Source: Candidatus Latescibacterota bacterium (GTDB lineage Bacteria; Latescibacterota; UBA2968; UBA8231). Taken from it: a stretch of 64,000 nt of DNA. Below, piece after piece: positions 27,600 to 38,248 of this stretch. Position 1 is the stretch's first letter. Every line of letters starts with the position of its first letter. The notes under the pieces are model-generated. The model was given only the letters and a program-made list of their open reading frames with translations, did no database searches and had not been told where the DNA came from. Location: positions 4,640,001-4,704,000 of the forward strand of contig OZ242318.1 of NCBI GenBank assembly GCA_965208105.1, written 5' to 3'. Both the position numbers and the translations under genes were made by a program.

Positions 27600-28949
27600 A
27601 TGCGTCTACCCGGCTGCAATTGGTTCTGGCCAAGTATTCTCTGCCTTCTGTTGATGATGGGCTTGCGTGCAGAAGTTTTTCACAGCCTTGGTGCGGGGGG
27701 TCAGCCGCACGTCAGGACGCCTCCTCCCGTTTCCCATGATTCCAGACCAGGCAAGCCAGCATTTGTCGGTCCGCGGCTGCCTTCGCTGGCACCGCCTGTC
27801 GGCGAAAGGCTGCAGAGAGTAATAAACGACACTTTCAGGCGCGATGATTCGATTTACAACTCTTTGAAAAAGCACCGGATATCGGAGCTCCAAATCGCAA
27901 ACTTGGTCGGCGCATTCGAGGGTCTCTTCGATCCCGACGCGAAGTTGAAACCTCGCGATTACTACACTCTGACGGTGGACACGAGCGGGGTTATCCAGCG
28001 CTTCGAATACACAGCTCATCGCCAGCCGGAAAGTCCTCTACTCATCGAACTCCTCGAGGACGATCTGGTAGGACGCCGGCTCAATCTGCCCCTCGACAAG
28101 CGCGTGGAGGTCATAGAAGCCAGGATCGTCGATAATTTGACCAATGCTATCCGTGCCGAAGGTGAATACGACGCCCTGACCGATGTGCTGGCAGACCATA
28201 TCTTCGGGGCGGTTATCGACTTCCAGAAGTGCCCTCGCCAGGACGACCGTATTGAGATCGTCTTTGAAAAGTACTATCGGGACAACCGCTTTATTCGTTA
28301 TGGGGATGTCCTTCTTGCCAGGTACAGAGGGCAACAGGCCTCTCAGCTGGCCGTCTTCTACCGCGACCCGGACGGCCAGAGAGGATATTACGATTGGGCC
28401 GGCAAGTCGCTGGCGCGCGCCTTTCTGCTGAAGCCGCTCTCCTTTCGGCGGATCAGTTCAAGATTCAGCCGCAAACGCTTCCATCCGATCCTCAGAAAGA
28501 ACCTCCCTCATCTTGGCACCGACTATGCCGCCAGCCAGGGCACTCCGGTCAGAGCGACCGCAAGAGGTCGGGTGGTGCATGCCGGCTGGAAAGGGAGCTA
28601 CGGAAAACTGGTTGAGATCGCCCATCCAAACGGCTATCGGACCCGCTACGCCCATTTGAGCCGAATCGAGGTTCGCGCGAACGAACGGGTCCACCAATCC
28701 GAAATCATCGGCCTGGTGGGTGCCACCGGGAGGGCAACGGGTCCACATCTCCACTACGAGTTGATCAAGAACGGGAGCCACATCAACCCGCAGACCGTCA
28801 ACAATGGCATCCAGGGCGAGGTCCTGCAGAAGAAATACCAGTCAGCCTTCGCCACCCACCGCGACAACCTGCTGGAACTGCTCGATAGAGGCCGCGCTCC
28901 CATCCCATCCCCCGACCTCCTGGCGGCCTCCAAGACAGTGCAGCCATGA
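27600..28949 (+). CDS. M23 family peptidoglycan DD-endopeptidase (MepM/OapA-like)
   Basis: 'RFHPIL...HLGTDYAA', 'TRYAHLS' and 'TGRATGPHLHYE'. N-terminal signal/TM segment. Confidence 0.92.
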   Translation: MRLPGCNWFWPSILCLLLMMGLRAEVFHSLGAGGQPHVRTPPPVSHDSRPGKPAFVGPRLPSLAPPVGERLQRVINDTFRRDDSIYNSLKKHRISELQIANLVGAFEGLFDPDAKLKPRDYYTLTVDTSGVIQRFEYTAHRQPESPLLIELLEDDLVGRRLNLPLDKRVEVIEARIVDNLTNAIRAEGEYDALTDVLADHIFGAVIDFQKCPRQDDRIEIVFEKYYRDNRFIRYGDVLLARYRGQQASQLAVFYRDPDGQRGYYDWAGKSLARAFLLKPLSFRRISSRFSRKRFHPILRKNLPHLGTDYAASQGTPVRATARGRVVHAGWKGSYGKLVEIAHPNGYRTRYAHLSRIEVRANERVHQSEIIGLVGATGRATGPHLHYELIKNGSHINPQTVNNGIQGEVLQKKYQSAFATHRDNLLELLDRGRAPIPSPDLLAASKTVQP

Positions 28950-29056
28950 CGCAAAGGCTTGACACTGGACCGGGCTTGATGTTGTGTTGATTGGTTTGGC
29001 CCCGGGTCAACGAGGCACAGAGTCAGAAAGTTTTCAGCAAATACCAGAAAAACGCT

Positions 29057-29470
29057 ATGGGCGAGGACCTTATAGGTGAGATAGAGGCGCTGGCTGAACG
29101 GGATGGCCGTTTTCACAAGGACGCCTATTTCTTTATCTACCAGGCCCTTCGCTTCACGGTGGACAAGCTGGGACACAAAGGGCCATGCCACATATCCGGT
29201 GGAGAGCTGCTATCAGGCATCAGCGATTACGGCCTGGATCAGTTCGGACCGCTAACCCACTCGGTCTTTGCTCGCTGGGGCGTCCACGAGACCCGGGATT
29301 TCGGAACCATCGTCTTCAATCTGGTCGACGCCCAATTGATGAGCAAGACGGAGCGGGATTGCATCGAGGACTTCGAGGACATCTACGATTTTTCCGAAGA
29401 ATTCAATTGGAAGAAACGCAAGATGGAATTCTCGAAGGTGCCCGGAATGGACCTGGAGCGGCAGACCTGA
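29057..29470 (+). CDS. Minf_1886 family protein
   Basis: 'DGRFHKDAYFFIYQAL..T...HISGGELL.GI..YGLDQFGPL...VF..WGV..TRDFGTIVFNLV...D..EDF...YDF'. Confidence 0.8.
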   Translation: MGEDLIGEIEALAERDGRFHKDAYFFIYQALRFTVDKLGHKGPCHISGGELLSGISDYGLDQFGPLTHSVFARWGVHETRDFGTIVFNLVDAQLMSKTERDCIEDFEDIYDFSEEFNWKKRKMEFSKVPGMDLERQT

Positions 29471-29486
29471 GGGTCTGGTGTCCTCC

Positions 29487-30698
29487 ATGAAAATCGCCTA
29501 CTTCGATTGCTTCGCCGGGATCAGCGGCGACATGTTATTAGGCGCTCTGGTCGACGCCGGCCTCGATCCAGGTCTCCTCCAGGAGGAGATAGGCAAACTC
29601 GACCTTCCTCACCTCAGCACAAATTTCAGTCCGGTTTCCAGGCACCACATAGCTGCAATCCAGGCCCAGGTTTGTTTCGGGTCCGGATCAGTCGCTCCCG
29701 GCGAGGAGCATCATCTCGACCTGAACCCCGAACCCCGGGGACATAATCGTCTCGGCCACATCCTCTCCGTCATCCGGTCGAGCCGCCTCGATGAAGACGT
29801 AAAGAGAACCTCCATTCGCATATTCGAGCGTTTGGCCCAGGCGGAAGCACAGGTCCACGGGGTCTCCGTCGAGGCGGTGCATCTGCACGAGGTCGGGGGC
29901 CATGACGCCATCGTCGACATCGTAGGGACGGTTGCTGCCCTGCGCCTGCTGGCCATCGACGAGGTCTATTCCTCGGCCTTGCGCATGGGAACGGGGTTCG
30001 TCCAGTGCGCCCACGGCTCCTACCCCGTCCCCGCGCCGGGAGTACTGGCCCTGTGCCAGGACATTCCCTGCGAGCAGACCCAGATTCGCGCCGAACTGGT
30101 CACGCCGACAGGAGCTGCCATCATCACCACGATCGCCAGGTCCTTCGGCTCTCCTCCCGCGTTCGCCCAGGAGAGCGTAGGCTACGGAGCAGGGAGTCGC
30201 GATTTGGATGAAGTCCCCAACCTGCTCCGCGTCCGCATCGGTTCTACCTCGCAGGCTTTGTCCCAGGATCGCGCGGTGCTGCTCGAGGCCAATATCGACG
30301 ACATGAACCCGGAGATCTATGGTTATCTCTTCGACCTTTTGTTCGAGCGCGGCGCCAGGGACGTCTATATAACCCCGGTGCAAATGAAGAAGGGACGGCC
30401 GGGAAATCTGCTGAGCATCCTGGCCGACGAGTCCCTGCTCGATGTCATGGTTGGCACCGTTCTGGCTGAAACCACAACCATGGGCGTGCGTTTTCACTCC
30501 GTCGAACGGCGCAAACTGGAACGCAGTGTCACCTCGGTGGCTACACCCTACGGGCCGGTTTCGGTCAAGGTTTGCAGTCTTGACGGCATAAGGCGTCTTG
30601 CCCCCGAGTACGAAGACTGCGCTCGCCTGGCGCGCCGGCATGAAGTGCCCATCCAGGCGGTCTACGCTGCTGCCCGCAGCGCTATCCCGGAGGAGTAA
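29487..30698 (+). CDS. larC: nickel pincer cofactor biosynthesis protein LarC
   Basis: 'YFDCFAGISGDMLLGALVD', 'VHLHEVG..DAIVDI', 'ELVTPTGAA', 'EANIDDMNPE', 'MKKGRPG' and 'PEYEDC'. Confidence 0.94.
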   Translation: MKIAYFDCFAGISGDMLLGALVDAGLDPGLLQEEIGKLDLPHLSTNFSPVSRHHIAAIQAQVCFGSGSVAPGEEHHLDLNPEPRGHNRLGHILSVIRSSRLDEDVKRTSIRIFERLAQAEAQVHGVSVEAVHLHEVGGHDAIVDIVGTVAALRLLAIDEVYSSALRMGTGFVQCAHGSYPVPAPGVLALCQDIPCEQTQIRAELVTPTGAAIITTIARSFGSPPAFAQESVGYGAGSRDLDEVPNLLRVRIGSTSQALSQDRAVLLEANIDDMNPEIYGYLFDLLFERGARDVYITPVQMKKGRPGNLLSILADESLLDVMVGTVLAETTTMGVRFHSVERRKLERSVTSVATPYGPVSVKVCSLDGIRRLAPEYEDCARLARRHEVPIQAVYAAARSAIPEE

Positions 30699-30702
30699 TT
30701 CC

Positions 30703-31473
30703 ATGATTCACTGGAGGAAGGTATGCACTGCATCCGCGACCTGCGTACTGCTGGTTCTTGCCCTGGCGGGTGCCGAGGAGGCTCCGGAGAGGGGCGCGCT
30801 CGACGAATTCGACCTCATGCATCCGCTGCCCGTCGAGGAGGGCCAGCCGCCGCGCATCATCCTGGGGGATATCAACGGATTCGTCAGGGTTTTCGAGGAG
30901 CGCGCCGAGGCCTTCGAGGAGGTGTGGACCAGCGAGGAGTTCGAGGGTGCAATCTTCGCCCTCCAGATCGTCGACATCAACGCGGACGATCTGGATGAAA
31001 TCGTCGTATTCACCGATAGAGGGCGCATTCACTATCTGGATGTCAGAACCTACAAATCTCTATGGGACAATCCCCCCAACGAGTACCAACGCATAACGGC
31101 CCTGACCATCGAGGACGTGGACGACGACCCCCAGCCCGAGCTCATCTTCTGCGCAGACGGCCGCCTGATAATCTACGACGGCAGCAATCAATTCGAGGAG
31201 TGGCGCAGCGATCAGACCGAGATTAAAGCTGTAGATATCGTGGTGGAAGACGTGGACGGGGACGACGAGGAGGAAATCGTTCTCAACGATGGATATGTCT
31301 TTGACGCCCGCTTCCTCGATCTGGAGTGGCAGTCGCCTGAATCCTTCGGAGAGCGCATGGGACTGTTGGACATAGACAACGATGGCATCATCGAGGTAAT
31401 CGGCGAATTCAGGGGACGCTTCATCCGCATTTTCGACATCGATTTGCGCCGGGAGAAATCCATCATCCGCTGA
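30703..31473 (+). CDS. acidic exported protein with FG-GAP-like DxDxD repeats
   Basis: Signal peptide and repeats 'DINADDLDEI', 'DVDDDPQPEL', 'DVDGDDEEEI' and 'DIDNDGIIEV'. Confidence 0.7.
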   Translation: MIHWRKVCTASATCVLLVLALAGAEEAPERGALDEFDLMHPLPVEEGQPPRIILGDINGFVRVFEERAEAFEEVWTSEEFEGAIFALQIVDINADDLDEIVVFTDRGRIHYLDVRTYKSLWDNPPNEYQRITALTIEDVDDDPQPELIFCADGRLIIYDGSNQFEEWRSDQTEIKAVDIVVEDVDGDDEEEIVLNDGYVFDARFLDLEWQSPESFGERMGLLDIDNDGIIEVIGEFRGRFIRIFDIDLRREKSIIR

Positions 31474-31569
31474 GGGCACGCGGCTGCAGCATTGACCCCT
31501 GCCCTCACCCTGTTTTATATATTGCCATCATCCCCCTCCCGAATTATCCAAACTGAAGGAGCGCTGAAA

Positions 31570-32562
31570 ATGTCTCGACCGGTAACCCTTTTCACGGGCC
31601 AGTGGGCCGATTTGGACATAGAAACCATGTGCCGGAAGGCCCGGGACTTCGGCTACGACGGCCTTGAACTGGGCTGTTGGGGCGACCACTTCGAGGTCGA
31701 CAAGGCCGACCAGGAGTATTGCCGTGCCAGGCGCGGGTTGCTGGAGAAGTACGACCTGCAGCTCTTTTCCATATCCGCGCATCTGGTCGGCCAGGCGGTT
31801 TGCGACCTCATCGACGAGCGCCACCAGGCCATACTGCCGGACTACGTCTGGGGAGACGGCGACCCCGAGGGGGTGCGGCAACGGGCCGCCGACGAAATGG
31901 TGGCCACCGCCCGGGCGGCAAAACGTTTCGGCGTAGATGTGGTAAACGGCTTTACCGGCAGTTCCATCTGGCATCTCCTCTACTCCTTTCCACCTGTGCC
32001 GGCGCAGATGATCGACCGGGGATACGAGGACTTTGCCCGGCGCTGGAAACCAATACTCGACGAGTTCCAGAATCTCGACCTCAAATTCGCCCTTGAAGTG
32101 CATCCCACCGAGATCGCCTTCGACATAGCTTCGGCCTCGCGCGCCATCGAAGCGCTCGATGGGCATCCTTGCTTTGGTTTCAACTACGACCCGAGCCACC
32201 TGGGCTACCAGGGGGTCGACTACGTGGAGTTCATTCATCGCTTCGGCACGCGCATCTTTCACGTTCACATGAAAGATGTGGGCTGGTCTTCAGCTCCAAC
32301 CGAGGCAGGGATTTTCGGCGGCCATACCGACTTCGGAGATCGCCGGCGCTTCTGGGATTTCCGCTCATTGGGCCGCGGCGGAATCGACTTTGAAGAGATC
32401 ATCCGCGCCCTGAACCGCATCAACTACCGGGGACCGCTATCGGTGGAATGGGAAGACAGCGGCATGGACCGCGAACACGGTGCGGCGGAAGCCTGCGCCT
32501 TCGTCAAGGAAGTCGATTTCGAGCCCTCCGCCGTTGCCTTCGACTCGGCCTTCGGCGACTGA
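31570..32562 (+). CDS. sugar phosphate isomerase/epimerase (xylose isomerase-like TIM barrel)
   Basis: '[11 protein letters not shown]', 'FALEVHP', 'NYDPSH', 'HVHMKD' and 'LSVEWED'. Confidence 0.9.
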   Translation: MSRPVTLFTGQWADLDIETMCRKARDFGYDGLELGCWGDHFEVDKADQEYCRARRGLLEKYDLQLFSISAHLVGQAVCDLIDERHQAILPDYVWGDGDPEGVRQRAADEMVATARAAKRFGVDVVNGFTGSSIWHLLYSFPPVPAQMIDRGYEDFARRWKPILDEFQNLDLKFALEVHPTEIAFDIASASRAIEALDGHPCFGFNYDPSHLGYQGVDYVEFIHRFGTRIFHVHMKDVGWSSAPTEAGIFGGHTDFGDRRRFWDFRSLGRGGIDFEEIIRALNRINYRGPLSVEWEDSGMDREHGAAEACAFVKEVDFEPSAVAFDSAFGD

Positions 32563-32766
32563 GCAAATTCAAAATTCTTCAAAAGGGCCCCTGCCCGCTG
32601 ATTTCGCAAGCAGTTCGCCCGCTTGGCCATGGGTATTTCCGCCGCGGTGGACCCATGTTTCCCGGGAGCCGGGGTGGAGATCGGCAAGGATTGTCCTGCC
32701 GCAGGAAATGCCCATTCGGCCCAGGGAACAAGCGTGCCATTTATCCCAATCGAAAGGAAAGCATCA

Positions 32767-34332
32767 ATGAGCCGCAACGCAGCCGTCTTCCTGGTGCTTC
32801 TCAGCGGACTGATCGGATGGAACTGCAGCAGCGAACCGCGGAACGTGCTCGTTTTTGGACGGGGGTCCGATTCGGTGGGTTTGGATCCCGCCCTGGAAAA
32901 CGACGGTGAATCCTTCAAGGTCTGCGACAATATCTACGAGACCCTGGTGGCTTACAAGGAAGAAAGCACGGCTGTGGAACCCCAGTTGGCCATATCCTGG
33001 GAAAGTTCGGAGGATGGTCTGACCTGGATCTTTCATCTGCGCACCGGGGTGCGTTTTCACGACGGAACCGCTTTCAATTCCGCGGCAATGCTTTTTTCCC
33101 TGGGCCGGCAGTTCTTCAAAGACCACCCCTTCCACGAGGTCGAGGGAACCTACAAGTATTGGAAGGACATGGGCATGGACGACATCGTCGCCGGTATGGA
33201 GGCGCCCGATGATTCGACCTTCGTCATTCGCCTGAACCAGCCCAATGCCCCTTTTCTGTCGAATCTGGCCATGAATTTCGCGGCCGCGGTCAGCCCCGCC
33301 GCCGTGCGTCGCTACGGAGACGATTATTTCAAGAACCCTGTGGGGACCGGACCGTTTCGCATGGTCGAATGGCGCAAGGACGAACGTATCGTCCTGGAAC
33401 GAAACGCGGACTACTGGGGGGCCAAGCCACACTTGGACCGGTTGATTTTCAAGCCCATACAGGACGCATCGGTGCGTTTCCTGGAGTTGAGCACGGGAGC
33501 CATCCACGGCCTCGACAACCTGAGCCCCGAGTTCCTCGAGGAGATTCGCCGCAATCCCGAGCTGAACCTCCTCACCCAGGCGGGCATGAACATCGGCTAT
33601 CTGGCGATGAACATGGATAGAGAGCCTTTTGACAATCACCTTGTCCGGCTGGCACTCAACCACGCCGTGGACAAGCAGTCCCTCGTGGACAACTTCTACC
33701 AGGGTCTGGCCTCACCGGCCAAGAACCCCATTCCCCCTACCCTGTGGGGATACGACGAGTCGGTCGAACCTTATCCCTACGATCCGGAAAGGGCGCGGGA
33801 ACTGCTCGCTCAGGCAGGCCATCCAGGAGGCTTTGAAACCGAGTTGTGGGCAATGCCGGTGCCGCGCCCCTACATGCCTCAGCCGGACAAAATAGCACAG
33901 GCAATCCAGGCGGACCTGGAATTGGTGGGGGTTCGCGCCCGCATCGTACAGTGGGAGTGGGGGACCTACCTGGACAAGGTCTTCAACGGCGAGCACCCCA
34001 TGGCCCTGCTGGGCTGGACCGGCGACAATGGCGATCCCGACAACTTCCTCTACGTCCTTCTGGACAAGACCGCCGCCGCAAAGCCGGCCCAGAACATCGC
34101 CTTCTACCGCAGCGACGAACTCCACGACATCCTGGTCCTGGCGCGCCGGACTTCAGACCAGGGGGAGCGCATCCGTCTCTATTCCGAAGCCCAGCAAATC
34201 ATCCACCGCGATGCTCCCTGGGTTCCCCTGGTGCACGCCACTCAGACGGCGGCATTTCAGAGGGAGGTCGAGGGATTCAAGCTGCACCCCACGGGAAGCA
34301 AGTGGTTCCACGGGGTGAAGTTTTCCAGGTAG
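32767..34332 (+). CDS. dppA: ABC transporter substrate-binding lipoprotein, family 5 (DppA-like)
   Basis: 'GLDPA', 'IYETLV', 'PVGTGPF', 'AMPVPRPYMP' and 'GWTGDNGDPDNF'. Lipobox-like 'GWNC'. Confidence 0.88.
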   Translation: MSRNAAVFLVLLSGLIGWNCSSEPRNVLVFGRGSDSVGLDPALENDGESFKVCDNIYETLVAYKEESTAVEPQLAISWESSEDGLTWIFHLRTGVRFHDGTAFNSAAMLFSLGRQFFKDHPFHEVEGTYKYWKDMGMDDIVAGMEAPDDSTFVIRLNQPNAPFLSNLAMNFAAAVSPAAVRRYGDDYFKNPVGTGPFRMVEWRKDERIVLERNADYWGAKPHLDRLIFKPIQDASVRFLELSTGAIHGLDNLSPEFLEEIRRNPELNLLTQAGMNIGYLAMNMDREPFDNHLVRLALNHAVDKQSLVDNFYQGLASPAKNPIPPTLWGYDESVEPYPYDPERARELLAQAGHPGGFETELWAMPVPRPYMPQPDKIAQAIQADLELVGVRARIVQWEWGTYLDKVFNGEHPMALLGWTGDNGDPDNFLYVLLDKTAAAKPAQNIAFYRSDELHDILVLARRTSDQGERIRLYSEAQQIIHRDAPWVPLVHATQTAAFQREVEGFKLHPTGSKWFHGVKFSR

Positions 34333-34335
34333 TCG

Positions 34336-35343
34336 ATGTACGGCTTTGTTCTCAAGCGCCTGGCTTTGCTGGCGCCGACCCTTGTTGGCGTATCCCTTCT
34401 GGTCTTTCTGATGATTCACCTCGTGCCCGGCGATCCTGCCCAGGTCATGCTGGGAGAGCGCGCCAACGCAGAGACCCTGGCCGCCCTGCGCGCGGAGATG
34501 GGCCTGGACAGGCCCTTTCACGTGCAGTTCGGCCGCTTTTTCGGCAGTTTGCTCAAGGGTGATCTTGGCCGCTCCATCCGCACCCACGAAAAGATTTCGA
34601 CTGAACTCCTGCAGCGCTTTCCGGCCACTTGCGAACTCACCTTCGCCAGCATGATCCTCGCCGCCGCCGGAGGGATTATCGCCGGTCTTCTGGCGGCGGT
34701 TAGAAGGGCCCGCTTCCTGGACTACGCCAGCATGATTGTGGCCACGGCCGGCATTTCCATGCCCATTTTCTGGTTGGCGTTGATGTTGATCCTCCTGCTG
34801 GCTGTCTACTTGCCCCTCTTCCCGATCTCGGGTCGGCTGAGCCCCCACCTGCACGTGGTTCCACAGACCCATTTCTACCTCCTGGACGCTCTGCTCAGCG
34901 GCAATCTCCGGGCTTTCGGGGACGTCCTCTGGCACCTCGCCCTGCCCACGATCGCCTTGAGCACCGTGCCCATGGCCGTCATCGCCCGCATGACCCGGGC
35001 CAGCCTGCTCGAGGTCCTGGGAGAAGACTATATCCGGACCGCCTGGTCCAAGGGATTGGCAAAAAGGGCGGTTATCCTGCGCCACGCCGTCAAGAACGCT
35101 TTCATTCCCACGCTTACGGTAATCGCTCTCCAATCCGGCTATCTCCTGGGGGGGGCGATCATTACCGAAACCATTTTTTCCTGGCCGGGCCTGGGGCGCT
35201 GGCTCTTCCTGGCGGTGCAGGCCCGCGATTTCAGGGCGGTGCAGGGAGGGGTGCTCCTGCTGGCCACGGTTTTCGTCACGATCAATCTCCTCGCGGACGT
35301 GCTCTACGCCTGGCTCGATCCCAGGATCCGCTACGAAAAATAG
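34336..35343 (+). CDS. dppB: dipeptide ABC transporter permease DppB
   Basis: 'HLVPGDPA', 'GDLGRS', 'EDYIRTAWSKGL' and 'TETIFSWPGLG'. Confidence 0.9.
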   Translation: MYGFVLKRLALLAPTLVGVSLLVFLMIHLVPGDPAQVMLGERANAETLAALRAEMGLDRPFHVQFGRFFGSLLKGDLGRSIRTHEKISTELLQRFPATCELTFASMILAAAGGIIAGLLAAVRRARFLDYASMIVATAGISMPIFWLALMLILLLAVYLPLFPISGRLSPHLHVVPQTHFYLLDALLSGNLRAFGDVLWHLALPTIALSTVPMAVIARMTRASLLEVLGEDYIRTAWSKGLAKRAVILRHAVKNAFIPTLTVIALQSGYLLGGAIITETIFSWPGLGRWLFLAVQARDFRAVQGGVLLLATVFVTINLLADVLYAWLDPRIRYEK

Positions 35344-35358
35344 GCGGCGAGTGGGACA

Positions 35359-36288
35359 CTATTCGATCCGCTGAATCAGATCAGGTGAAATTCCTCCGAA
35401 GAAATGTTCCTCCTTCACTCCCTCATTGACCGCAACGTCCTCGTATTCCAGGGAGATTTCCACCTCCTTCTGGCGGATCACGACGGTTCGGGGTAGATAG
35501 AGGGGCCCCACTCTCCGATAGTCCTGCATCAGGCGATTCCACCCGGGATGACTTCCGGATGGCTCGACCGCCTCGCGAATGAAGAAGCCCCGGTGGAGGT
35601 CGATCCAGACGCGGCGGGCGAGGTTGGCCCCGCGCAGCGGAACCACCGCCCGGCCTGCCCGGGGGTGCTCGATGGCCCGGCTCGAGTCGATGCGCCCGGG
35701 CTCGATCTGTCCCAGCAGTAGATACCTCAGATTGTATGGTCCCAGCTCCATTCCCGTCAGTTGGTGGAACAGGACCTGGGTCGATCCTTTCCAGTTCCCC
35801 TCCCTGCTGAGGACCGTCAACGAGTCCGCCTGCACCAGTGCGGTAAAAAGGTGAGTGTAGAGCGGGCCGCGAACTTCCATCCTCAGCAGGTCCGGCTGTG
35901 CCAGCAATATCGACATGGCTGCCCGCACCTGGCCCTCTTCCCGGCGAATGGTGATGCTCCCCCTGGCTTTGAGATCCGTGAGCGATTGCAGAGGATTCCG
36001 CGATAGGTTGACGAGTTCTTCGATCCCTTTGTCCGGCCGCCAATCCTGGCGCGACACCGGGGGAGGGGCGCAGCTGAGCGCGATCAACTGCAGCGAGAAG
36101 AAGGCCGATCCAAGAAGCTGGAATGTCCTCCGCCGCCGCCCTTCTGCGGGGGACCAGGGGGAATCGAGTGTTGGCCGGTTCTCCCCGTATGGGTTGGAGG
36201 GATGGAGTATGGCTTGATCCGTCAGCCGCCGTTCAGCTTTCGTGGTTTTCGCTATGATGGATTTCAGACCTGATTCGAGCCGCTGCAT
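35359..36288 (-). CDS. LolB/DUF4292-like lipoprotein
   Basis: Lipobox-like 'ALSC', 'LRMEVRGPL', 'HQLTGMEL...LRYLLLGQI' and 'YRRVGPLYLPRTVVI'. The start is uncertain. Confidence 0.55.
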   Translation of the reverse strand: MQRLESGLKSIIAKTTKAERRLTDQAILHPSNPYGENRPTLDSPWSPAEGRRRRTFQLLGSAFFSLQLIALSCAPPPVSRQDWRPDKGIEELVNLSRNPLQSLTDLKARGSITIRREEGQVRAAMSILLAQPDLLRMEVRGPLYTHLFTALVQADSLTVLSREGNWKGSTQVLFHQLTGMELGPYNLRYLLLGQIEPGRIDSSRAIEHPRAGRAVVPLRGANLARRVWIDLHRGFFIREAVEPSGSHPGWNRLMQDYRRVGPLYLPRTVVIRQKEVEISLEYEDVAVNEGVKEEHFFGGISPDLIQRIE

Positions 36289-36298
36289 GCAGGGGAAA

Positions 36299-38248
36299 TC
36301 AAGGAAGAATGAGTTCCAGTTTGGTTTTCACGTCGTGATTGTCGGGAGCGAGCTCCAGGGCCCGGGTCCAGTGGGTTCTGGCCTCGTTGTCCTTGCCCAA
36401 AGCCTGGGCGACATCGCCGGCGTGGTCCAGGATGATCGCCTGATCCCCGGCCGCTTCAACGGTTGGATCGCCGCGGCCCAATATCTCCAGGGCGCGCCCC
36501 AGGTAGTGTTGAGCGTGATCCAGTTGCCCGAGGCGAAAGTAAGCCCAGCCAAGGCTGTCCAGAAAAGCGCTGTTTCCCGGATCCAGAGATACTGCCTTCG
36601 ACAACATCACCACGGCTTCTTCCAGGTGAATGCCCTTGTCGGCGTACATATACCCTAGATAATTCAGCGAATAGGCATCGTCGGGATCTGCTTCGAGCAA
36701 TCGCTCGAAGGTTTCGATCGCTCGGTCGAAGTAGGCTTCCCTGCCTGTCTGGCGCGCCGCCTGTTCGAAGCAGCTTCCCAAATAGAACAGTCTGTGGGTG
36801 TCCTCCGGGTCCAGATCGGTAGCCAGGATGAGCTTTTCAATTGCCTCTTCCCACAATTCCAACTTCTCCAGAGCCAGGCCCCAGTGCAGGTAGAGGTCGC
36901 CGTTGAGTGAGTCCAGTTTCACGGCGTTCCGGTACTGCAGGATTGCCTCCTCCCACTGTTGCCGGCGGCCCAGGACTATGCCCCTGCGCATGTGGAGTCC
37001 GGCATGGCCGGAATTCAACTCCAGAGCGCGGTCGTAGACGGCGATTGCCTCTGTCCAATTCTTCTGCTTTTCATGGGCGAATCCCCAGTAGAGATAGAAG
37101 TCAATCTCGTCGGGATGGACCTCGAGACCTCTGCGATAGATGTCGATTGCCCGCTCAAATCGGTCTGCCCTCTCCATGGCTGCACCCCAGAAAAGATATA
37201 TGCTGCTGCTGTCTGGCATGGCCGCCGCGGCTTCAGAGAGAATTTCGTTGGCGCGGTCGTATTCCTCCCGGACAATGAAATAGCGGGCGAGATCCAACCA
37301 TTCCTCGGCGGTGCCTGGCTGCATTTCGACTATATATTCGAAGACAGCGGCCGCCTCGGCATATCTCTGGGCTTCGGACAGCGCCAGTCCCAAACGGTAG
37401 AGAAAGCGGGGTCCCTCCTCGGCGAGAACGGTGTTCAGTTCCTCGCCCGCGGCGACCAGAACCGCCAGTTTGTGAAAGAAGACAGGGCTCTCGGGCAGAA
37501 TGCGGGCTGCCTGGCGGTAATACATCAATCCAGCTTCCCTTCGTCCTCCGGAGATCTGGACCGCAGCCATTCCCAACCATGCGCTTTCGATCTCGGGATG
37601 GGATTCGAGCACCCTCTCGAAAATATCTTCAGCCTTCTTGCGGTCACCGATGTGCAGATAGACATAGCCTATGTTTACCCTGACTCCGGGAGGGGCATCG
37701 TCCCTTTTCAAGACGGGCTCCAGCAGCGGAGATATGCGCCTGATCTGACCGGTCTTCAGGTAGAAATCGGTGAGGTGAAAGTAGAGTTGCCAGTTCGTCG
37801 GCTCGTACGGAAGCAGTCTCTCCAGCTCCCTGGCAGCTCGGTGTTCGTCCTCTCTATCCTGGAAGATCCGGAAAAGCAGATAGCGCAACTTGGTGCGGCC
37901 GGGATCGAGCTTCAGGGCCTTGCGGGCAAAAATTTCGGCCATCCGTCCATCGTCGATCTTTTCGTAGGCGAGGGCAAGCCGTTCGTGGATCGTCGGGGAA
38001 GAGGGATCGAGGTCGGCGGCGCTGCGCAAGGCCACGATCGCGCCGTGATAATTCTTCTGGGCTTCGAATACCTTGGCCTTGACGAAGTAGCGCGTGGCCT
38101 GCTTGCGCTGGACCTCGGCAGTATCCTCCTGGCGGTCGGGCCTCCATGGCAATGGACCTCCGCATCCCCAGGTGAGGAAAACAGCGCAGATGCCGGCGTG
38201 GAGAAGGGGAAGACAGCCGGTGAAATATTTCCATCCAACCGTGATCAA
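36299..38248 (-). CDS. tetratricopeptide-repeat lipoprotein (LbcA/PA4667-like)
   Basis: Many TPRs, including 'YSLNYLGYMYAD.G..LEEA...AFLDSLGWAYFRLG'. Lipobox 'TWGC'. The probable TTG start at 38248 overlaps the dppC stop (TTGA). Confidence 0.85.
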   Translation of the reverse strand: MITVGWKYFTGCLPLLHAGICAVFLTWGCGGPLPWRPDRQEDTAEVQRKQATRYFVKAKVFEAQKNYHGAIVALRSAADLDPSSPTIHERLALAYEKIDDGRMAEIFARKALKLDPGRTKLRYLLFRIFQDREDEHRAARELERLLPYEPTNWQLYFHLTDFYLKTGQIRRISPLLEPVLKRDDAPPGVRVNIGYVYLHIGDRKKAEDIFERVLESHPEIESAWLGMAAVQISGGRREAGLMYYRQAARILPESPVFFHKLAVLVAAGEELNTVLAEEGPRFLYRLGLALSEAQRYAEAAAVFEYIVEMQPGTAEEWLDLARYFIVREEYDRANEILSEAAAAMPDSSSIYLFWGAAMERADRFERAIDIYRRGLEVHPDEIDFYLYWGFAHEKQKNWTEAIAVYDRALELNSGHAGLHMRRGIVLGRRQQWEEAILQYRNAVKLDSLNGDLYLHWGLALEKLELWEEAIEKLILATDLDPEDTHRLFYLGSCFEQAARQTGREAYFDRAIETFERLLEADPDDAYSLNYLGYMYADKGIHLEEAVVMLSKAVSLDPGNSAFLDSLGWAYFRLGQLDHAQHYLGRALEILGRGDPTVEAAGDQAIILDHAGDVAQALGKDNEARTHWTRALELAPDNHDVKTKLELILP

